Source of the DNA: Cytophagales bacterium
GTDB taxonomy: Bacteria > Bacteroidota > Bacteroidia > Cytophagales > Hymenobacteraceae
Assembly (NCBI GenBank): GCA_038213745.1
Contig: JBBQSQ010000001.1
Coordinates: 18,464-82,463, forward strand
Direction: 5' to 3'
Length of the DNA: 64,000 bases
Below, piece after piece: positions 60,078-64,000 of this stretch. The notes under the pieces are model-generated. The model was not told the DNA's origin. It saw only the letters and a program-made list of their open reading frames with translations, and ran no database searches. The number at the start of each line of letters is the position of its first letter. Position 1 is the stretch's first letter. The translations under genes were made by a program, and so were the position numbers.

Positions 60078-63038
60078 TTAAAACAGCCCCAATTGGGCTT
60101 TCGGCCGCTTTAGCAACTCCTGTGACCGGGCCACTTCCTCGGCCGTAACGTCTACCGAACCAGTAGCTTCGGGCTGCTCGGCGGGGGTGGCCTCTCCCCC
60201 ATTTCCACCGGCTTTGGGAGCGGCTACGGCCACCCGTTTCCGGGCTACTTCGCGGCGCTGGGGCTCAGGGCCTTCGTCGGTGAGCAAGGCCAAAGCGTGG
60301 ATTTTGTAGTAGTTGAGCTTGTTGCCCATCGCCTTCCAGCCTTTCACATCGATAAACTCATGCAAGGCAATTTTCTCGGTTTCCTTGTCGGCCTTCTTGT
60401 CCCTTTGGATTTTTAGCTCCGCCAACGGCTCGGGGTTAGCCGTCACGGACAGCAGTTTCGAGCCTTTGGTTTCGGAAATGAAGGTAAAACGCTTGTCGAG
60501 GGTGCTGGTTTCGATTTTGAAGCGCTTGACGTAGTGAATTTTCGTTTCGCCTTCGGCATATACCGTGGTGAGCACGGTGCTGGGTTCTAGTTTGCGCAAC
60601 AGCAGGATGTTGGGCACGTCGTAGTGGTTGGCCGGGTCGGCAGTTTTTAGCTCGTAGCTGCCGTCTTTGAACACCACCAACAAATGGTCTTCCGTGTCGA
60701 ACGTGCCTAGGTAGCGGCCGTGGCCAGCAGTGTTAAGGCGGCCCACAACACTGTCGAAGAACATTTCCCGGCCGCCCAACGTCGAGTCGCCCAGGGAGTT
60801 ACGGGTGATTTTTTTGATGGGCTGTTTGGTCACAATATTGCCCATCGAGCCCTTGCCCTTGATGCCCAACTCGGCAAAATCGAAGTCGAACTGCTTCACC
60901 CGCGCCGGCGCTTTATCGCTGAGCTGAATGCTCACGATTTCCGACTCGGAGTTGGGATTGGCGGTCAGGTACAGCGTTTTGGTACCTTTGGTGCCCTTGG
61001 TTAGGTCGTAAGTTTTGTCGCGGGTGATGCCCGAAACCAGGAAGCGCTTGGCAAACGAGATGCCCGACGCGCCATCGAGGTACACCATGTTGTACACCAG
61101 CCGGTCATCGTTCTTATTGTACACGCCAACGTGCAGAATATCACGACCCACAAATGTTTTCTCCGCGATTTTGGTCACCGTGAACGTGCCGTCGCGCTTG
61201 ATGGCGATAATGTCGTCCAAATCGGAACAGTCGCACACGAATTCGTCCTTTTTGAGGCCGTAGCCCACGAAACCGTCGATGCGGTTCACGTAAAGCTTCT
61301 GGTTGGCGATGGCCACTTTTTGGGCCGTCACCACGTCGAAGGTGCGGAGCTGGGTTTTACGCTCCCGGCCCACGCCGTACTTCTTCAGCAAGCCTTCGAA
61401 GTAGTTGATGGCGTAGCGGGTCAAATTGGCCAGGTGGTCGGCCACTTCGGCCAGTTCCGCTTCCAGCTTCTGGATGTACTCATCGGCCTTAAAACCGTCG
61501 AATTTTGAGATGCGCTTAATGCGGATTTCGGTTAGGCGGGTCAAATCCTCTTCCTCAATCGGGCGGCGCAGCACAATGCGCTGGTCGTCAGCCTTGGCCT
61601 TCTCCCCTTCGATGCGCACGAATTTCTTCAGGCCCTTGTCAATCGTTTCGAGGATTTCGGCCCAGGTTTCGCACTCTTCAATCTTGCGATAAATGCGGTT
61701 TTCAATGAAAATCTTCTCCAGCGAAGCGTTGTGCCAACGCTCCCACAGCTCGTCCTGCCGAATCTCCAACTCGCGCTCCAGCAGGCGCACGGTGGCTTTG
61801 GTGCTTTGGCGCAGCACGTCCTCCACGCCCACGAAGCGGGGCTTGTCGTCGATGATGACGCAGGTGTTGGGCGAGATGCTGATTTCGCAGTCGGTGAAGG
61901 CATACAGCGCGTCCATGGTGAGGTCGGGCGAGACGCCGGTGGGCAGCTGCACCTGAATTTCCACGTCGGCCGCCGTATTGTCGACCACTTTCTTAATCTT
62001 AATCTTGTTCGCTTCCGAAGCCTTCACGATGCTCTCCATCAGCGCCGTGGTAGTGGAGCCGTAAGGAATGTCACGAATGATGAGCAGCGTTTTGTCGACC
62101 TTCTCGATGGTGGCGCGCAGCCTGATTTTGGCCCCGCGCATGCCCGAGTTGTAGTTGGTCACGTCGCAGAGGCCGCCGGTCGAGAAGTCTGGAAACAACT
62201 GCACTTCCCGCCCTTTGAGCACGTCGATGCTGGCCTTGCACAACTCCCGGAAGTTATGGGGCATAATCTTGGTGCTCAGGCCCACGGCAATGCCTTCCAC
62301 GCCCTGCGCCAGCAGCAACGGGAATTTTACGGGCAGCGTGGTGGGCTCGCGCTTGCGGCCATCGTAGCTCAGCTGCCACTCGGTGGTGTCGGGGTTGAAC
62401 ACTACGTCGAGGGCGAACTTGCTCAGGCGGGCCTCGATGTAGCGGGGCGCGGCGGCTCCGTCGCCGGTGCGCACGTCGCCCCAGTTGCCCTGGGTTTCGA
62501 TGAGCAGGTCCTTTTGGCCCAGGTTCACCATGGCATCGCCGATGCTGGCGTCGCCGTGGGGGTGGTATTGCATGGTCTGGCCGATAACGTTGGCCACTTT
62601 GTTGAAGCGGCCGTCGTCCATCTCCTTCATGGCGTGCAGGATGCGCCGCTGCACGGGCTTCAGCCCGTCCTCAATGGCCGGCACGGCACGCTCCAGAATC
62701 ACGTAAGAGGCGTAGTCCAAAAACCAGTTCTGGTACATGCCGCGCACGGTGGCCACGTCGTGAATGGTTTCGCCGGGGGCGAATTTGGGTTCTTCTTCGG
62801 TTTCCTCCGCTGGCACGGCTTCGACTATTAGCAGGGCGGCGGGCGTGCCAAACAGGTCCGTGGCCAGGGGCAGCATGGCTCCGGGTTCCGGGGTGGCCTC
62901 GTCCATAAGTTCCGAGGGTTCTTGGGTATCGGCCGCCGCCGCCGGGGAGAAAGCGCCCAAGTCGAAATCTACCGAGTCGCCGGATTGCAAAAAATCTTGG
63001 TCGGGGATGTTAGCGTCAGGGGTATCGAGAGTAGCCAC
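60078..63038 (-). CDS. parC: DNA topoisomerase IV subunit A
   Basis: FLDYASYVILERAVP.IEDGLKPVQRR, YHPHGDAS, AAPRYIEARL; no GyrA-box; acidic N-terminal extension. Confidence 0.92.
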   Translation of the reverse strand: MATLDTPDANIPDQDFLQSGDSVDFDLGAFSPAAAADTQEPSELMDEATPEPGAMLPLATDLFGTPAALLIVEAVPAEETEEEPKFAPGETIHDVATVRGMYQNWFLDYASYVILERAVPAIEDGLKPVQRRILHAMKEMDDGRFNKVANVIGQTMQYHPHGDASIGDAMVNLGQKDLLIETQGNWGDVRTGDGAAAPRYIEARLSKFALDVVFNPDTTEWQLSYDGRKREPTTLPVKFPLLLAQGVEGIAVGLSTKIMPHNFRELCKASIDVLKGREVQLFPDFSTGGLCDVTNYNSGMRGAKIRLRATIEKVDKTLLIIRDIPYGSTTTALMESIVKASEANKIKIKKVVDNTAADVEIQVQLPTGVSPDLTMDALYAFTDCEISISPNTCVIIDDKPRFVGVEDVLRQSTKATVRLLERELEIRQDELWERWHNASLEKIFIENRIYRKIEECETWAEILETIDKGLKKFVRIEGEKAKADDQRIVLRRPIEEEDLTRLTEIRIKRISKFDGFKADEYIQKLEAELAEVADHLANLTRYAINYFEGLLKKYGVGRERKTQLRTFDVVTAQKVAIANQKLYVNRIDGFVGYGLKKDEFVCDCSDLDDIIAIKRDGTFTVTKIAEKTFVGRDILHVGVYNKNDDRLVYNMVYLDGASGISFAKRFLVSGITRDKTYDLTKGTKGTKTLYLTANPNSESEIVSIQLSDKAPARVKQFDFDFAELGIKGKGSMGNIVTKQPIKKITRNSLGDSTLGGREMFFDSVVGRLNTAGHGRYLGTFDTEDHLLVVFKDGSYELKTADPANHYDVPNILLLRKLEPSTVLTTVYAEGETKIHYVKRFKIETSTLDKRFTFISETKGSKLLSVTANPEPLAELKIQRDKKADKETEKIALHEFIDVKGWKAMGNKLNYYKIHALALLTDEGPEPQRREVARKRVAVAAPKAGGNGGEATPAEQPEATGSVDVTAEEVARSQELLKRPKAQLGLF

Positions 63039-63466
63039 AAGGAAATGAATGAGGTCGACGAAGTGCCGTCAAAAATACCGGAATCAGCGCGGTGCGCAAT
63101 AGTTTACAATTCGGACGAGCGCCGGAAAGTTCCCAAAAATATTAGTGAGGCATTGCTGGTATTCGACCAGCAAAAGAATTGAAAACAGGCACTAATGCCT
63201 CAAATTACGGCATTTATCCGGCGATAAGCAAACTAAATAAACTAGCCAGCTTACTTAATTTACTGTGCTTGTCAGGGGCTAAAAACCATGCGCCGGGCCT
63301 GGTACGAAAAAAGCCCGAACCAAGGGCTCGGGCTTTTCCGTGGAATTTGCCGACCAGTCTACCCCTGGCCGGCGGTCCAAACGTACGCAAAAAATTAAAA
63401 ACAATTTCTACGGACGGACATTTTTTTTATCCACCCCCGCTAAGCAGCCCTAAAATCGGGCGGGCG

Positions 63467-64000
63467 TTAGCGGACAATTTCCACCCAGCCCTTCAGGTTG
63501 ATGTTGCAGGAAGGCTGGCTCAGCCAGTAGTAATAGACGCCGGCGGGCTCGTCGGTGGCCGCCCAGTCGTTGTGATAGGCAGTGGTTTCGTACACGAGCC
63601 GGCCCCACCGGTTGAAGACCTTGAGTTGGGGCGTACCATAGGAACCGGGGATTTTTAGCACCGCGTTCAAATTATCACCGTTGACGGTAAGAATGTTGGG
63701 CAGCTGAAATTCCCTGGCCAGCTTCACTTCGTACGCTATTACCTGAGGGCAAAACGGCCCCTGCTCAATCTCGACGCTGTAGCGACCGGGCGTGGTCACG
63801 GACAAGGTGGGCGTTTGGGCCCCGGTATTCCAGCGGTAGGCCGTGCCCGTGGGCCGGGGCGACAACTGCGCCGGGTCGAGGACGCTCAACAGGCCACAAG
63901 CCAGCGAATCGACCACTTTTCGCACGGGCGGAGCCCCCGCCTCCTTGATGTTGAATTCGACCACCGCCGGGCAAGCCTGGCCTTGGTCTACCTCGACGCG
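63467..64000 (-). CDS. Protein with gliding-motility-associated C-terminal (T9SS type B, CHU_C) domain; 5' part outside window
   Basis: LPNILTVNGDNLN..., FNRWGRLVY....Y.NDW, GVYYY, KGWVEIVR. Confidence 0.85.
   Translation of the reverse strand, partial: RVEVDQGQACPAVVEFNIKEAGAPPVRKVVDSLACGLLSVLDPAQLSPRPTGTAYRWNTGAQTPTLSVTTPGRYSVEIEQGPFCPQVIAYEVKLAREFQLPNILTVNGDNLNAVLKIPGSYGTPQLKVFNRWGRLVYETTAYHNDWAATDEPAGVYYYWLSQPSCNINLKGWVEIVR

Noticed and set aside
63179-63658. 159-aa + strand ORF upstream of parC
   Set aside because: TTG start, no motifs, spans a terminator-like hairpin (63308-63337) and overlaps the CHU_C gene antisense.

Overview
Core-genome segment of a high-GC Bacteroidota chromosome (Cytophagales, Hymenobacter-like). 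This rests on TAnnTTTG -7 promoters, a short primary sigma factor and T9SS sorting domains. The key unannotated feature is a 28-bp XerC/XerD dif site at 7992-8019, so the window most likely spans the replication terminus. Genes converge on dif (6 of 7 CDS to its left on +, about 39 of 46 to its right on -), and even housekeeping genes become AT-richer near it. Next to dif lie about 680 bp of AT-rich non-coding DNA with repeated AAGTA/TACTT motifs and an orphan 330-aa putative winged-helix protein, my best candidate for an undescribed terminus-associated system. The window also holds: gyrA and parC; a his operon with a natural HisD-HisC fusion and an unannotated His5 leader peptide; a TPR / plug-less barrel / HU-like-TM-SPOR / ExbB / ExbD / TonB-like / folC operon (possible Tol-like division system); a probable sulfonolipid cysteate acyltransferase; a RES-Xre toxin-antitoxin pair with tandem palindromic operators; thrS-infC-rpmI-rplT, where infC has an ATA start and a perfect AGGAGG; rpsO-pnp; the primary sigma factor; tRNA-Thr and tRNA-Met; and several intergenic heptamer-repeat hairpins and REP-like elements. 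No integrase, transposase, prophage or CRISPR array was seen. All family calls come from motif recognition by eye, not from database searches.
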